Assembly: GCF_009914755.1 (NCBI RefSeq)
Contig: NC_060944.1
Source of the DNA: the human T2T-CHM13v2.0 reference genome, Homo sapiens
Direction: 5' to 3' (one strand)
Length of the DNA: 64,000 bases
Positions 1-12,139 of this stretch are shown piece after piece; position 1 is the stretch's first letter; every line of letters begins with the position of its first letter. The position numbers and the translations under genes were made by a program. Under the pieces are notes generated by a model, which made no database searches, was not told the DNA's origin, and saw only the letters and a list, made by a program, of their open reading frames with translations.

Positions 1-1004
1 GAGTTTAATATTTATGTTTTCTACTGACATACTATAAACTGCTCGATGGTGAGTTCTGTATCTGTCTCATTTTATGCAAAACAGTGGCACAATGAGTATG
101 GGTTGATTTGGAGGAATAGTAGGGGTTGACTTGGATCAATATTAGGTTATAAACTATATAAAGGTGGTGGTTATGTGTGGTTTTCATACTGATGTATCTC
201 CACTATCCACTATTAGTTTGGCACACAATAAAAATGAATGGCCATTGAAATGACATAATTACGCAGTAGATTAATTTCCAGGGCTTTTCAGTGATGGATG
301 CTGGGAAGGTAACTTTGCTATTTTGTCTACAACTTCCCATTTCTTCACTGTCCCTCTCAAGCTTCCGCATTTGTGTTCATCATTAAATGTGTGTCCCTTC
401 CTTACTGCCCATCTTTTCCTTCCTCCTCCTCCTCAGAGTGTGCCATCAGAAGTTACCATAGTCCCAAGACTATTGGTTATAAAAGTTTGAAATCCCTGTT
501 GACTCTGCTCTCCTTCCCATCCCCAGAGAATTCAGATATTAAGATCTATTCATTTTCTATCATCTAGGAGATGTGAAGATGACTTGCTGAGAAAGCGATA
601 CATATTTCACATTACTGCCATGTCAATTAAGTATCCATAACAAAATCCCATTACATACTTGCAAAATGAGTGGATGAGAGCCTTTGATTTTTTAAGTCTC
701 AGTTCTTTGCCTACTAAATTAATTTTTACTAGAAAATATTCAAAAAGGTCTAAAACAGTAAGGTTAACTTGTAGTCCGGCACTTTTCTGATAACATTATC
801 GTAAGAGGTATACAAGGACTTAGGCACTTTATCACTAGTAATTTTCAGTCACCTCTATTCATGTCTGCTCTTTTCCAGTGCCTTCCACCTTACAGCTTGG
901 TCTCTTGGGCAGCAAGGGATTGAGATAGAGCTATTCAGTGCATGGTATCCATGCCATGTTCCCCAGAACTCTTTTGCTGCCAACCCGTCTACTTTGGCCA
1001 AGAT

Positions 1005-1022
1005 GGGAAGGGAGGGGAGGGG
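1005..1022 (+). other. Canonical G-quadruplex-forming motif
   Basis: GGG-AA-GGG-A-GGGG-A-GGGG: four G-runs with 1-2 nt loops. Confidence 0.6.
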
Positions 1023-1351
1023 AGAGGAGAGAGAAATATTTAACTTTTATGAATAATGAATAAGTTCATTCAGTATTTAGTGGTAGAAGAAGAGATTTCC
1101 ATAAAACTCTAAAATGCTAAGACATGAATTACTCATCCTAATATTCAAGCATTCAATATGCTTCTATGTTAAACTAATCATTTTGAAAAGGAGGAAGCAG
1201 GAAACAATGAGACTTTGTATCAAATTAATTTGGGAATGGTGGTTCTTTTCCTTTCCTATTTTCTTAATATAAATACCCCAAGACTCCTGGAATAGTTGGA
1301 TAAGATCCCCCTCCCCATCAATAATTGCCTAATGAGGTGTGGAGCGCTCTT

Positions 1352-1370
1352 TCTCTCTCTCTCTCTCTCT
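1352..1370. repeat. (TC)n microsatellite
   Basis: tctctctctctctctctct seen directly. Confidence 0.9.
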
Positions 1371-2007
1371 GCCAAGGACTCTTGGATAACAACGTGGGGT
1401 AGAGAATCACTGGCCCGGATGACTTGGTTCCTGGGAAAGAATCCAGGCTGTTGAGGCACTCGTGGAAACAAAAAGAATGAAACATGAGCCTAAGAAGTTT
1501 AGGTTTCACTCTGGAGAAAAATCTGAGAATGGTTCTAGGAGCTTTTCACCATTGAGTCTCTAGGTTTGCCAAACAGAAGCTATGGGGTCCTCTTCTCTTG
1601 TACTAACAAGCTAGACCCCAAGCAGTGAAACTGCTGCTATAGAACAAAGGAGATCTCCAAACCCATTCTGTTCTAAATCCATAATCCTGATGGCTGAAGG
1701 CACCGAAGCTAGAAGCAGTGTCTTGTGGCTTAAACTTCAGGCGCTTGTCCCTGGACCCAGGACGCTTCCAGCAACGCTGCCGGCTTGCCGAGGCTCATGG
1801 CAATCAGATCCTCTTTCTGAATCTGAGTTTTCTCACCTATAAAAAGTAAGTAGTACCAGATACATAAATTATAGACCGTTACTATATGAAGCCTCTAATA
1901 TTGGCCAAAGAAACGCCTGAGGAATTATTTTTTCCCAGCATATTTTCTTTATCTGGGAGTGGAGTGGGTTGGAATGGAGGCTAGGAGTACCAGGATATTC
2001 CTCTGCC

Positions 2008-2026
2008 TGACTCCAGGGGGCAGCAG
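2008..2026 (+). promoter_or_regulatory. CTCF-like motif
   Basis: tgACTCCAGGGGGCAGCag versus core consensus CCASYAGRKGGCRS; imperfect at the 5' positions. Confidence 0.35.
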
Positions 2027-2042
2027 CTACTTGGGTAAAGGG

Positions 2043-2055
2043 AGGTCAATGACCC
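2043..2055. promoter_or_regulatory. Nuclear-receptor IR-1 element (FXR/RXR type)
   Basis: AGGTCA-A-TGACCC is an exact match to RGGTCAnTGACCY; an extra TGACCT half-site lies at about 2070. Confidence 0.45.
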
Positions 2056-2613
2056 ATCCAAGGGTTGGGTGACCTTAGTTCTTAAACCCTGAGGTAAAGA
2101 GACAGATCCAACAAAATGGACTTTTTAAAAGAAACATAAAATCCTCAGAAGTCATGCCCCACTTCTAAAGAAACTATGGCTCCCGGGAGATCCTCAGAAC
2201 ATGAAAATCATTGGTGAAAGGATAGTATTTCTCCTGAAGGGTTTTCCTTAGATTTTCCTGGATAGGTTTTTGGTGAGAGCAGATTTATTTTTAACAAATG
2301 CACACACATGGCATCCTCTTTCTTGATGACAAGGATTTTTTATTTTTTCCAAAATGTGCCTGGCAGGCCCTGGAGCCAGAGAAACAAGACTGGGAAGCCT
2401 GATGTTACACAATGCATTGCAAGTGATAGCCGAAACTGGTCTGGTTTCCAGACACCTCCTGATTCAACAGGGATGTGTTGCATTAGCACTCAGAGTTTCT
2501 AACATAGTAGCAAATCTACATCTTTACTCTATTTTTCCATCTCATTAGTAGGAAGGAAGGAAGGTAACTTAATAGAGGAGGACGCAGAGAATTCTAACAG
2601 AATTGCCAGCTCT

Positions 2614-2638
2614 TTTTTTTTTTTTTTTTTTTTTTTTT
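2614..2638. repeat. Poly(T) tract
   Basis: About 25 consecutive T with no adjacent Alu or L1 body. Confidence 0.9.
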
Positions 2639-3189
2639 CCTGTGTGGCTTTAAGCCTGGTGCTTGCAGCAGAAGAAACCCTTGAAATTCTTGAAGCTAGG
2701 AAGCTAAGGTTTCTGAAGGAATGAATTTGCACTGCACACATAATCTATAATTTATTAGCCTGCTTCAATGGTCATTATTGAGATTTGATTGTAATGCTTA
2801 GTGGCGTTAACATCCCTTCCACATCTCCCTAACAACATTTATGGTCAGCAATAATATTGGTTCAGTGCTTGAGCTGTGCTCTGAAGAATGAATCTGCTAG
2901 AGCTCATCTTGCCTCATTACTTCTAACAAGGCTCCTGTAGTCATGTCAAACTCCGGTGACATGCCAGACAGAACGACATCTTTTAAATATTATCTCTGAC
3001 ATACTTCATTTGAAATGCTAGCCTTTCAATTAGTGCTATGCACCAGGAAGTGACAGATTCTGGAGGAAGCATTGCTTCTCTAGATGATCATAATGAGAGT
3101 AGGGTGTCACAACAGTGTGGTGGAACCAGAGAAGATTCCCATGAACAAGTCCATGAAAGTCTCTTTGAACTTGTTTCCCCACCCCCGGT

Positions 3190-3617
3190 GGACATTGTTG
3201 GTGCTCTATTTGGATGTCCTCATATCCCTCTTATTGGGACTGTGCACCCGTTCCCCCAGTTTCCACTTGCTTTGCTACTAATGGCTGCCTTCTGCTCCCA
3301 TGGACACTGCACCTGCACAGAGCCTGACTCTCACAGGCACCCACAGCTAGTGACTGACTGGTGCAGAAGTACAAAAGCTTGGCTCCTCTGCTTTAAGGCT
3401 GGGCAAACTCTGGGGTGTAATTTATGCTCCAGAGCCTCCAGCAGAAGCAAGCTGAGTTTGGGGATTCACTTGAAATCACACTTTCGCTTGGCTTCCTCCC
3501 CCTCTTTTTCCTGCTTCCCACAATCCCTTATTGGCCTTTCCAGGGGATCCTTCCTTAATAAATCATTTGCCAGGAAGGTTTGGCTCAGGGTCCATTTTGG
3601 GGAGAAGATGATATCAG
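3190..3617 (+). mobile_element. ERVL LTR (LTR16-like), solo, degenerate
   Basis: LTR16-type blocks (gggcaaactctggggtgtaatttatgctccagagc; ttaataaatcatttgc...ctcagggtc). Explains most of the 224-aa ORF. Confidence 0.65.
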
Positions 3618-3830
3618 ATGCATCAGGCAGGATCTTGAATCTCCAGCTGTGTGCAAGCCTTGTAACCATTCTGCTTCTGAATTTGCTCCCCTGCAATGGG
3701 AACATCTCCTAGCAGCACGAACTGTATATACTCCCAAAATACCCATCTCCCTCCTTCACCTCCACTCAAGGTATGAGCTGTTCCAGCAGCTTGGGCCTTT
3801 TATGCAAGACAGCCTAAAGGGAATCAACAC

Positions 3831-3970
3831 TTTTTTTTTTTTTTTTTTAAGAAAATGGGTCTGGCTCTGTCACCCAGGCTGGAGTGCAGTGAGCTCACAA
3901 TTCTTCAAACTCCTAAGCTCAAGCCTCTGCCTCCTGTGTAGCTGGGACTACAGGCATGCACCACCAAGCT
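3831..3970 (-). mobile_element. Alu monomer/fragment (FRAM/AluJ-like)
   Basis: Poly(T) followed by ctgtcacccaggctggagtgcagtg...gctgggactacaggc; flanking tcaacac repeat consistent with a TSD. Confidence 0.85.
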
Positions 3971-4029
3971 TTCAACACATTTTTAATTGCTTACTATTGT
4001 CATTAGTATTTGTATTTCCATCGTATCTT

Positions 4030-4195
4030 CTCACCAACCACTTCACATGTTTATTAGTAGATCCACTTTACAGTTAAAGAAACTGAAGTTCAGAAAGCTT
4101 ATGAAAACTGAACAAATCCCACACCCAAAAGATGTGTGGCTTTTAACCCAGGCTTTCAACTCCAAATCCACTGAGTTTTTCACATATTGTACTAC
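4030..4195 (-). mobile_element. MIR remnant
   Basis: ccactttacagttaaagaaactgaagttcagaaag resembles the MIR core in antisense. Confidence 0.6.
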
Positions 4196-4299
4196 AGTGG
4201 CCCCACTGGCAGCCAGGCCATGATGTTCCCAATTAAATATAAGTAATGTTTAGATCAGGTCACATCATGATCATGTTTGCAATATGACAGAGACAAGTT

Positions 4300-4660
4300 A
4301 CTCCACAACCACAATGACTAGACACCCTCTTTTGACTAATGTGAATAACTAGTGGGTTTTTTGTTTTTGTTTTTTTGCCAATGACAACCTTAGCTTCACT
4401 TTAATTTTTCTGCCCCCTAGATGAAATTTGCTCTAATTTCTTGACAGCATCTAATCTAGAGCAAGCCCCTGCTTTATTAATTTCTCCTTAAATTCATCCA
4501 AAGCCCTAACTCCGTCAGAAGCCTTCCTTCAATTTCCCTTATGAGATTCTCCAAGGCTTCCTCTGGGTTCTATTCTCCCTTTGCTGCAGCAAACTAATAA
4601 ACCTAACTTTGTTGACTTCAGGTGTGACCCTGATGGTTTCATCATCCAGGTTTCATCAAC
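4300..4660 (+). mobile_element. Old LTR remnant (MER31/MER67-like, family uncertain)
   Basis: LTR-like 3' end aataaacctaactttgttgacttcaggtgtg. Confidence 0.4.
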
Positions 4661-5692
4661 CCCTCAAGTTGTTTTCCAAAATAATTTTGCATAAGATCAA
4701 CTATGCTGTTGACTAGCACCATGTTTTATGCAATGTCAGCCCCTATTCATTGTAAAATGTAAATGTACTGATAAAACCTTTAAAAAAACAGACTGCCAGT
4801 TAAACTACGCCAAAATACCTTTATGTTAGTCCTGAGCAATGCACAAATCAGTCACATCGGCTTATCAGTTTATTTATTTTTACATATTTCAGAGGATGTG
4901 ACTGTTTCTCCTGAGTTCAATTGTACTCGTTGGCATAGGATAGATAATGTTTTTGCTTGTGCCTTGATAACAAAACCTAACTGCTTTACCTGTGAGTAGC
5001 TTCCTTTCTTATTAACATAAAGCACTTGGTGTAGCTTTGCAAGATAATGTGGAATTGCATTCATTCCTCCAACATCAAACATATGCTTCATTAATATCAA
5101 ATTAATATCCCAAAGCCTTATCCTTCTGCATTTCTGCCTTTGAGATATTTTAAGGCTAAATTATTGATGGCAATTAAACAGAACCCAGATAGTAACAACA
5201 TTGCACATAAAACAAATGAAGTGGTAACCAAGTTTTTATAAGCACAGGTAATGCTGCTAGGTTCTGACTTTCACCTGATGCAAAGGGATAGTAAAGGGCA
5301 ACATCCCATCCTGATTTTGCCAATAGTAAATTGTGGAAAAACATTCACCTTAGTATCAATGAAATATGTGAATGTGGCTGCAATTAGTCATTTGAAATAG
5401 AATTTTTCTTCATATTACTTTACAAGTATAAAATAGAATAAACTTAGTAAAGGAGCAGAAACAAATAAAAATGGAATTAACCTTTCTCCCAGCTAAAGGA
5501 AACATGAAAACACATTGTTTTTCTTCTTTTGGAAAAAGAAAAAAAATGCATTTACATTTAGAGAGACAAAATATTTCTAGGACCTACATCTAAATAGTAA
5601 TGTTAGTAATACTCTCTACTGCTTTTCAATGCATATTTAATTATGTTACCTGAAAAAATATATACTCCAAATAAATGATCTAATTCCGGTAT

Positions 5693-5760
5693 TCCATGTA
5701 CATGGATAGGCGAGGAAGGGAAATAGTCCATGTACATAGATAGGTGAGGAAGGGAGACAG
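5693..5760. repeat. 34-bp tandem duplication (2 copies)
   Basis: tccatgtacatggataggcgaggaagggaaatag / tccatgtacatagataggtgaggaagggagacag; 30/34 identical. Confidence 0.9.
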
Positions 5761-5889
5761 TAGGTTTGGATGGAATAGAGCTTCCTTTGATTCCATCCCA
5801 TGCCAGGAGTCAACTGCTTATAAGACGTTGTCCACCCTCATCCCAGCCCTAGTGACCCCTTCATTGTACCCAATACTGGGTGCCTAGTA

Positions 5890-6410
5890 ATTACTTCTAA
5901 ATGATGAAATCTTAGCATATGTGGGAGTAGGAATTGGTGCCCCACCCAAAACCTCTTTAATGGGCCATTTTACCCATCCCTCAGCTACCATATTGATTGT
6001 TACTGGCTCAGAGTTGTCCCCTACTTTAATTGACCTTGGACAACAGAAGTCACTTCACTTGTGGGCAGATAGGGAGGGAGGTAAGTAGGTAAGCAGGGTA
6101 TTTATCCACTCCCTGGGAATGGTCTGCAGCTCATGATTTCAGCCCCTGACATTAGGTACAAATTGGCTATCCTTGACCTCAAGGTGGGAATTACTCGGTG
6201 GTACAATTCATACTCCAGAAATCTCCCTGAGATCAGGCGTGAAGTTAGGCTAACCTACTTACTTAACCCATTTTCCTGCCTCACCCTACTGAATTCACAT
6301 CCCTTGCCCATGTTTCCACTTAAGAGAACCCCACTCTTACCCTCATCTCAATAAATCACCTGCATGAGAATCCTCACCTCCAGCTCCAGGATCAAGGAAA
6401 CCTAAACCAA
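5890..6410 (+). mobile_element. ERVL LTR (LTR16/LTR33-like)
   Basis: ggtacaattcatactccagaaatctccc and the 3' end caataaatcacctgcatgagaatcctcacctc. Confidence 0.5.
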
Positions 6411-7676
6411 GGAAGCTCTATCCCAAGGGTCTTTGCATTTTTATATTGAACCTGTTCCTTTCTCTGTCTCTCCATATGCAGTCAGCTCTACTCGTAGAAT
6501 CTAGATCAGAAAGACAAACCTGGCTTTGCCTTCGCTAAGTTACTTTTTCATCTGCTACCACTCCTGTCTCATGAAGGGAAGAGAAAGAAAACTTCAAGCT
6601 GCATCCTCTACCAACCACCCCAAAGAAAAGAAATAAAGAGATAGAGACTTCTCAGCCATTGCCCAGAGATAATTTCAGAGCTTACAGAGAAAACCTTAAG
6701 GAAAATCGTTTTTGAAGCCCTGGACATTTGTCCATCCCTTTAGTAGGGGTCATTCTCATAAATGTGGTTTTAAAAGGTTTTTTTTGGATTCCATCATCTC
6801 TCCATCTATTATCGTCCTTTGTCCTGGGCCAGCTGTGCTGTGATTGGCAGATTTACCCGTGCAAAATTCAGTTCCCTTTACAACTCTTTCCCTTTTCACC
6901 ATGCTTATTTTTTCTAAATTCCTTCTTTTTCCACGCTCATCCATGAGATGGATGGTTGCTTTTTATCTGGGCAGTTCTTCTGAAAACAAAGCCTTCAAAG
7001 GATGTGAATCAAAATGTCTCTATGTTGGAGAAAAAATAAAAAAGAAATATCCTTTTGAATCAAAGACCTAAAAATTTCTTGGTAATATTTTTTAAATTTA
7101 TGCTAATTTCTTCCCTCCCCCATACTTTATTTCCATCACAAAAATATTTTTTTTTTTGCTGATGATTTAATTATCATTGTATCACAGTCCCTTAATAGAT
7201 AGATGTTCTCCTTAAATTACTGTTTAATTCCTTAAGGTTTTACTCTTTAAATTCTTCCATTCTGTTCCTTTCACATAGTTTATGTAAGCATGTTTATCTT
7301 TTTCTTATATTCAGTTCCTGATTTATAGTTCTCAAACTCTTTTAGAAAACTTATATAAAATATAAATATAAAAAATAAAAGATTAGAAAAAATTATCTAA
7401 AACCCACTGTTTTATGGAGTTTCCTTTGATCCCACTAGTCTGTCTTCTTTTTGATTTTATAAAGGACAGAGATTTTGGTAAGCTCTTAAAGTCCTAAATA
7501 AACAGAAGGGTGATCAATTAGTAAGTCAAAATGAAATGATTGTCCCTGAACCCAGATTTGTTTGCACTGGGAATCATAGCCTCTTTCCAGTCTTCCTGCC
7601 GTGTTTCTATGCCATTTGACTCCTCTTGCTTTCTCGCATATTCCCAATGTGTCAAAAGGGCACTAGGTGAGTCAAA

Positions 7677-7907
7677 CAGGAGTCAATCAAGAATCAAACA
7701 TTTTCTGTAAAAGGCCACACAGTAAGAATTTTAGGTTTTGCTAGTCGTGTGGTCTCTGTCATGCTGCTCAATCCTGTGTTGGGGTATAAAAGCAGCTATA
7801 GACAATATGTAAACAAATGGGGCTGTTTGTATTCCAATAAAACTTTATTTACAAAAGTAGGCCATAGGTTGGATTTAGACAATGGGCCATAGTTTGCTGA
7901 CTCTTGA
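7677..7907 (+). mobile_element. MER58A (hAT-Charlie MITE)
   Basis: ttttctgtaaaaggcc...gtaaacaaatgggg...ccaataaaactttatttacaaaa...ccatagtttgctgactcttg; degenerate TIRs. Confidence 0.8.
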
Positions 7908-8321
7908 GTTAAAGATAAGAGGACTCTGATATCTAAAGATACATATATTTGGGCTGCTATAGTTATGAATAGAGATCTTAGAGGTACAAAGAGACAGAAA
8001 TGCAAAAGAAAGGTCTCAAAATTTATCCATTAATTTAATATTATTGTTTAAGGGAATTCTCTAAATGGAAGTAATTTTGTCTTTGTATATTTTCTTTTCT
8101 GTGGTCTGTTAATATTTGAGGCAAGATTTCTGTTTTAAAGAAAACATTTGGTACATTCATACTAAGGCAAGAATGGCTAATTAATTTATTATCTTTCCCA
8201 AAGTCATTTGCAATTTAACAGAGGCTAAGCCTGCTTTCTATAATCTAGGTCAGTGAATGGGGAGGGAACTAATATTTGTTTGGCACTTACTAGGTTCCAG
8301 TTCCTGAATGTCAATCATGTC

Positions 8322-8632
8322 TTTTTTTTTTTCTTTTTTTTTTTTTGAGACGGAGTCTTGCTCTGTCATGCATGCTGGAGTGCAGTGGCACCATCTCGGC
8401 TCACTGCAACCTCTGCGTCTCGGATTCCAGCAATTCTCCTGCCTCAGCCCCACCGAGTAGCTGGGACTTACAGGCGTGCGCCACCACACCTGTCTAATTT
8501 TTTTGTATTTTTAGTAGAGATGAGGCTTCACCATGTTAGCCAGGCTGGTCTCGAACTCATGACCTCAGGCAATCTGCCCGCCTCGGCCTCCCAAATTGCT
8601 GGGATTACAGGCGTGAGCCACTGCACCCAGCC
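8322..8632 (-). mobile_element. AluS (Sx/Sz-like), full length
   Basis: Dimeric Alu with T-tail; catgtc flanking repeat. Confidence 0.95.
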
Positions 8633-8644
8633 CATGTCATCTTT

Positions 8645-8800
8645 TTATTCCTCTCAGTAACCCTGTGAGATACAAAATACTATGATGTCAACTTCAAAGA
8701 TATGGAAACTGAGACTTAGAGTAATTGAGTAACTTGGTCAGAAACAACTAGCTGAAAAGTTGCAGAACTGAAGCTCAATCCTAATACTCTCTTTTTCCAA
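8645..8800 (-). mobile_element. MIR remnant
   Basis: aaagatatggaaactgagacttagag...taacttggtcagaaacaactagc. Confidence 0.6.
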
Positions 8801-9303
8801 AATCTGTTCCATACCCTTCAATGGTCCTACCTTATTTTGCAGTGGATCCAAAAGACCCTGAGGTCCCAGTCTCCTTGGAGAATCTGCTGCAAGCTACAGG
8901 TTAAAAAAAAAAAAATTCCTATGAGTTTTGTACACAATTTCAGGAGCTTCACTGAAGTGTGCATGAAATATCAAAGGCTACACAAATCCCTCCAGGTCCC
9001 ATTTCCAGAGATATATTTCTCCTGAGCATTTCTTTAGAAGCTTGGAATCACATCACATGCCAGCTGCCTATGGACCCTTAGACTCAGCACTTCATTCCAG
9101 GTGGCCTTGAGATGCCAGATCAGCCCTGCAGTTATGTTCAATGGAGAAAAGGAGAATGATAGAGGGCAAATCACTTTTAAAAATTAGCTTTTTTGAATGT
9201 TTTTGCATTTATTGTGCATTTCCCATGTGCCAGGCAGTGGTTTCAAGTTTTAGATGCATGCCCAGGAGGTAGATATATGATTATCCCAGTTTATGGAGGA
9301 GGG

Positions 9304-9695
9304 TATTTTTTTAGTCTGTTCTCATGCTGCAATAAAGAAATGCCTGAGACTGGCGAAACTGGGTAATTTATAAAGAAAAGAGGTTAAATTGACTCACAGT
9401 TCTGCATGGCTGGAGAGGCGTCAGGAAACTTACAATCATGGTGGAAGATGAAGCGAAAGCAGGCACCTTCCTCACAAGGCGAAAGGAGAGAGAGTGAGTG
9501 CAAGCAGAGGAAATGCCAGATGCTTATAAAACCATCAGATCTCCTGAGAACTCACTCACCATCACGAGAACAGCATGGGGGAAACCGTCCCCATGATCCA
9601 ATCATTTCCCACTGGGTCCTTCCTATGACACATGGGGATTATGGGGATTACAATTCAAGATGAGATTTGGGTGGGGACACAGTCAAACCATATCA
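9304..9695 (-). mobile_element. THE1 (C/D-like) MaLR solo LTR
   Basis: Ends gagatttgggtggggacacagtcaaaccatatca (reverse complement of the THE1 start); aggaaacttacaatcatgg. Confidence 0.9.
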
Positions 9696-10174
9696 GATAT
9701 TATGATACATTACAGAGGCAAGATAACTTGCCTTAAATCACACCCCTGGCAAAGAAAAGACCCAAACCAGGGAAGTTTATTCTCTAGGGCATCAGTTCTT
9801 ATCCACCTTTACTGCCAGCAAGCCTTCCATAGACCTGGATGTGAAGACAGGTCTCTGTGTCCTACATAGAAACAACTGGAAACCTCTGTGTTGAATATTT
9901 ATACCTTAAAGCTCCTGGTATTTGTGCTATATACATTGTCGTCATTAAAAATGTGAAGGTAAATATTTATAAACAGCTGTTAAGGAAACTAGACTTCTGG
10001 GGAGAAATATTAAACTCAAATTGCTGCTTAAAGGTTTTCTTTTAAAAATATGAATATGCAGACTGACTCTAAATATAAACCTTTTTCCTATTGTAATTCT
10101 ACCTTTCATAGCCCAGCTAAAAATCTGCTAGAATTCAGCAATAGGTCCCCAGGAAAATGACTGCTTTGAAAATG

Positions 10175-11248
10175 TTTGGCTGAAATCAGATACTACTTCT
10201 CACCTACTACAATGGCTAAAGCAAACAAGCCTAGCAATACCAATACTGTAATTGGACGAGATGTGGAGCAGCTGGAACTCTCAAATACTGCTGTGATGGA
10301 ATGATAAATGGTGCAAACCTTTTGCTAAATTGTTTGGCAGTTCCCAATAATGTTAAATTCGTTCACCTACCCTATGACCCATCAATTTCACTCCCAGGTA
10401 TTTATCCAAGAGAACTGAAAAGATACATCCATCCAGATAAATCTAAAAGAATATTCATTGCAACTTTACTCATAAGAGCCACAAACCAATATACAGCCCA
10501 AATGTCTATCAACAGATGAATGCATAAACAAATGGCGGTATAACCATATCATGGAATGTTACTCACCAATAAAATGAAACAAACTACATATAGATGCTCT
10601 CGATATATGTTCCTACATGGGTGATCTTCAAAAACATCATTCTAAGCAAACAAAGCCAGAAAATGACTACATACTGTGTAGTTTCATTAATATGACATTA
10701 GAAAATGCAAACTAATCTGTAATGACAGAAGGCAGATCCATCAGAGGTGTCCTTTGATGAGAGGAAGATTGAAACAAAGGGCACGAGGGAATCTGCTGCA
10801 GTGATGAACAAGTTCTTTTTTTTTTTTTTTTTTTTTTAGAGACAGAGTCTTATTCTGTCACCCAGGCTGGAGTGCAGTGGTGCAATCACGGCTCACGGCT
10901 CACTGCAACCTCCGTCTCCCATGTTCAACCGATTCTCCTGCTTCAGCTTCCCAAGTAGCTGGGACTTACAGGCATGTGCCACCATACCGAGCTAATTTTT
11001 GTATTTTTTTTTAGTAGAGATGGGGTTTCACTATATATTGGTCAGGCTGGTCTTGAACTCCTGACCTCAGGTGATCCGCCTGCCTCGTCCTCCCAAAGTG
11101 CTGGGATTACAGGCGTGAGCCACCATGCCCGGCCTAAGTTCTGTTTCTTGATGGGTGGTGGGTTCCATGGGTGTACATACTTGTCAAAATCCATAGATCA
11201 GTATACTTAAAAATCTGCATTTTATTGTATGTAAATTATACTTAAAAA
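10175..11248 (+). mobile_element. Old L1M (ME/MC-type) 3' end, interrupted by an Alu
   Basis: ORF2 C-terminal remnant (gatgtggagcagctggaactctc; ccctatgacccatcaatttcactcccagg) and 3' end gcattttattgtatgtaaattatac. Confidence 0.8.
10816..11134 (-). mobile_element. AluS (Sx-like), full length
   Basis: T-tail, dimer, TSD aagttct; internal 7-bp duplication tcacggc at about 10886-10899. Confidence 0.95.
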
Positions 11249-11645
11249 GTAGCAGTACTGGAAGAAACACAAAAACAGTTTTTCGATGAATGCCTATCTT
11301 CATCCTTGGGAGGCTCAGCTGTGGGCCTGGCTTCCTATGTCACAGCCTTCCCTGCATGTTTACGGACCATGGCAGGTTCTTCTGCTGGCCCCCTCTGGTA
11401 CTCAGAGGGGTTCAGGCAGGAAACAGATGCTTTTGAATACTTACTGCCCCACTTTTCGTGCTCTTTGAAGGACGCAAGAAAAAGGAGTCAATCTTTACAT
11501 GCTTCCCAATTACAAAAAGTAGCTAGGATGGCAACAATCTGTCTTGACTTCCCCTGTGTTTACATCCTCCAACCCAGACCTGAGAAATGACTGTGAAATT
11601 CTGACCAAGACTCACTGTTTTGGCAGCTTCCTTTTCCTTTATTTG

Positions 11646-11709
11646 CTCCCCATCCAAAATTCTCCTCCCTCTTAGGGATGTCTAATTTATACAATTTGTC
11701 TAGCAGGTA
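11646..11709 (+). repeat. 64-bp dispersed direct repeat, copy A
   Basis: 61/64 identical to 13788-13851. Confidence 0.95.
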
Positions 11710-12139
11710 TGGTACTGGTTTAGGCTACATTTGGGAATTCCAGCTGGGGCTGGGAGGAAGTGAAAGAGGAGGACGGTTCCCAGAAGGCGCATAACAGGCA
11801 TTTTCAGTGGGGGCTTTCCTTCTGCCACTCCGATAAGCCCCTCGAGTTCCTGCCTCCTCCCTAGGAAAGTGTAAGCAAGACAGAAGAAAAGGTCAACAAC
11901 CACAACCTAGACAGTGAAAATGTCTCTGCCAATTTCGCTGGGGCCCTCCAGGGCTAGTAACCCTCCAACCCACTTAATGAATTTAGAGACACATTAGATT
12001 CATTTACATAACAATATTTTAAAGACCACACGATTGCTTTGGAAAATTGTCTTATTTTTTTTTCCTTCCTCAAACTGAACTGCAGAGTTACAAATACCCT
12101 CCCAGAGAGCCTCAGAGGAGGCAAACTTGGCAGAGGAGA

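Noticed and set aside
3038-3712. 224-aa ORF
   Set aside because: Mostly LTR16-like sequence; no recognisable protein similarity or splice structure.
8250-8660. Alu-derived ORFs (also at 18.5, 25.2, 31.9, 32.8, 34.6, 39.0 and 62.3 kb)
   Set aside because: Typical Alu translations (e.g. [18 protein letters not shown]); not genes.
8843-8899. 57-nt frame-preserving plus-strand exon candidate (DPKDPEVPVSLENLLQAT)
   Set aside because: Weak donor (CAG|GTTAAA), short pyrimidine tract, peptide not recognised and no partner exons.
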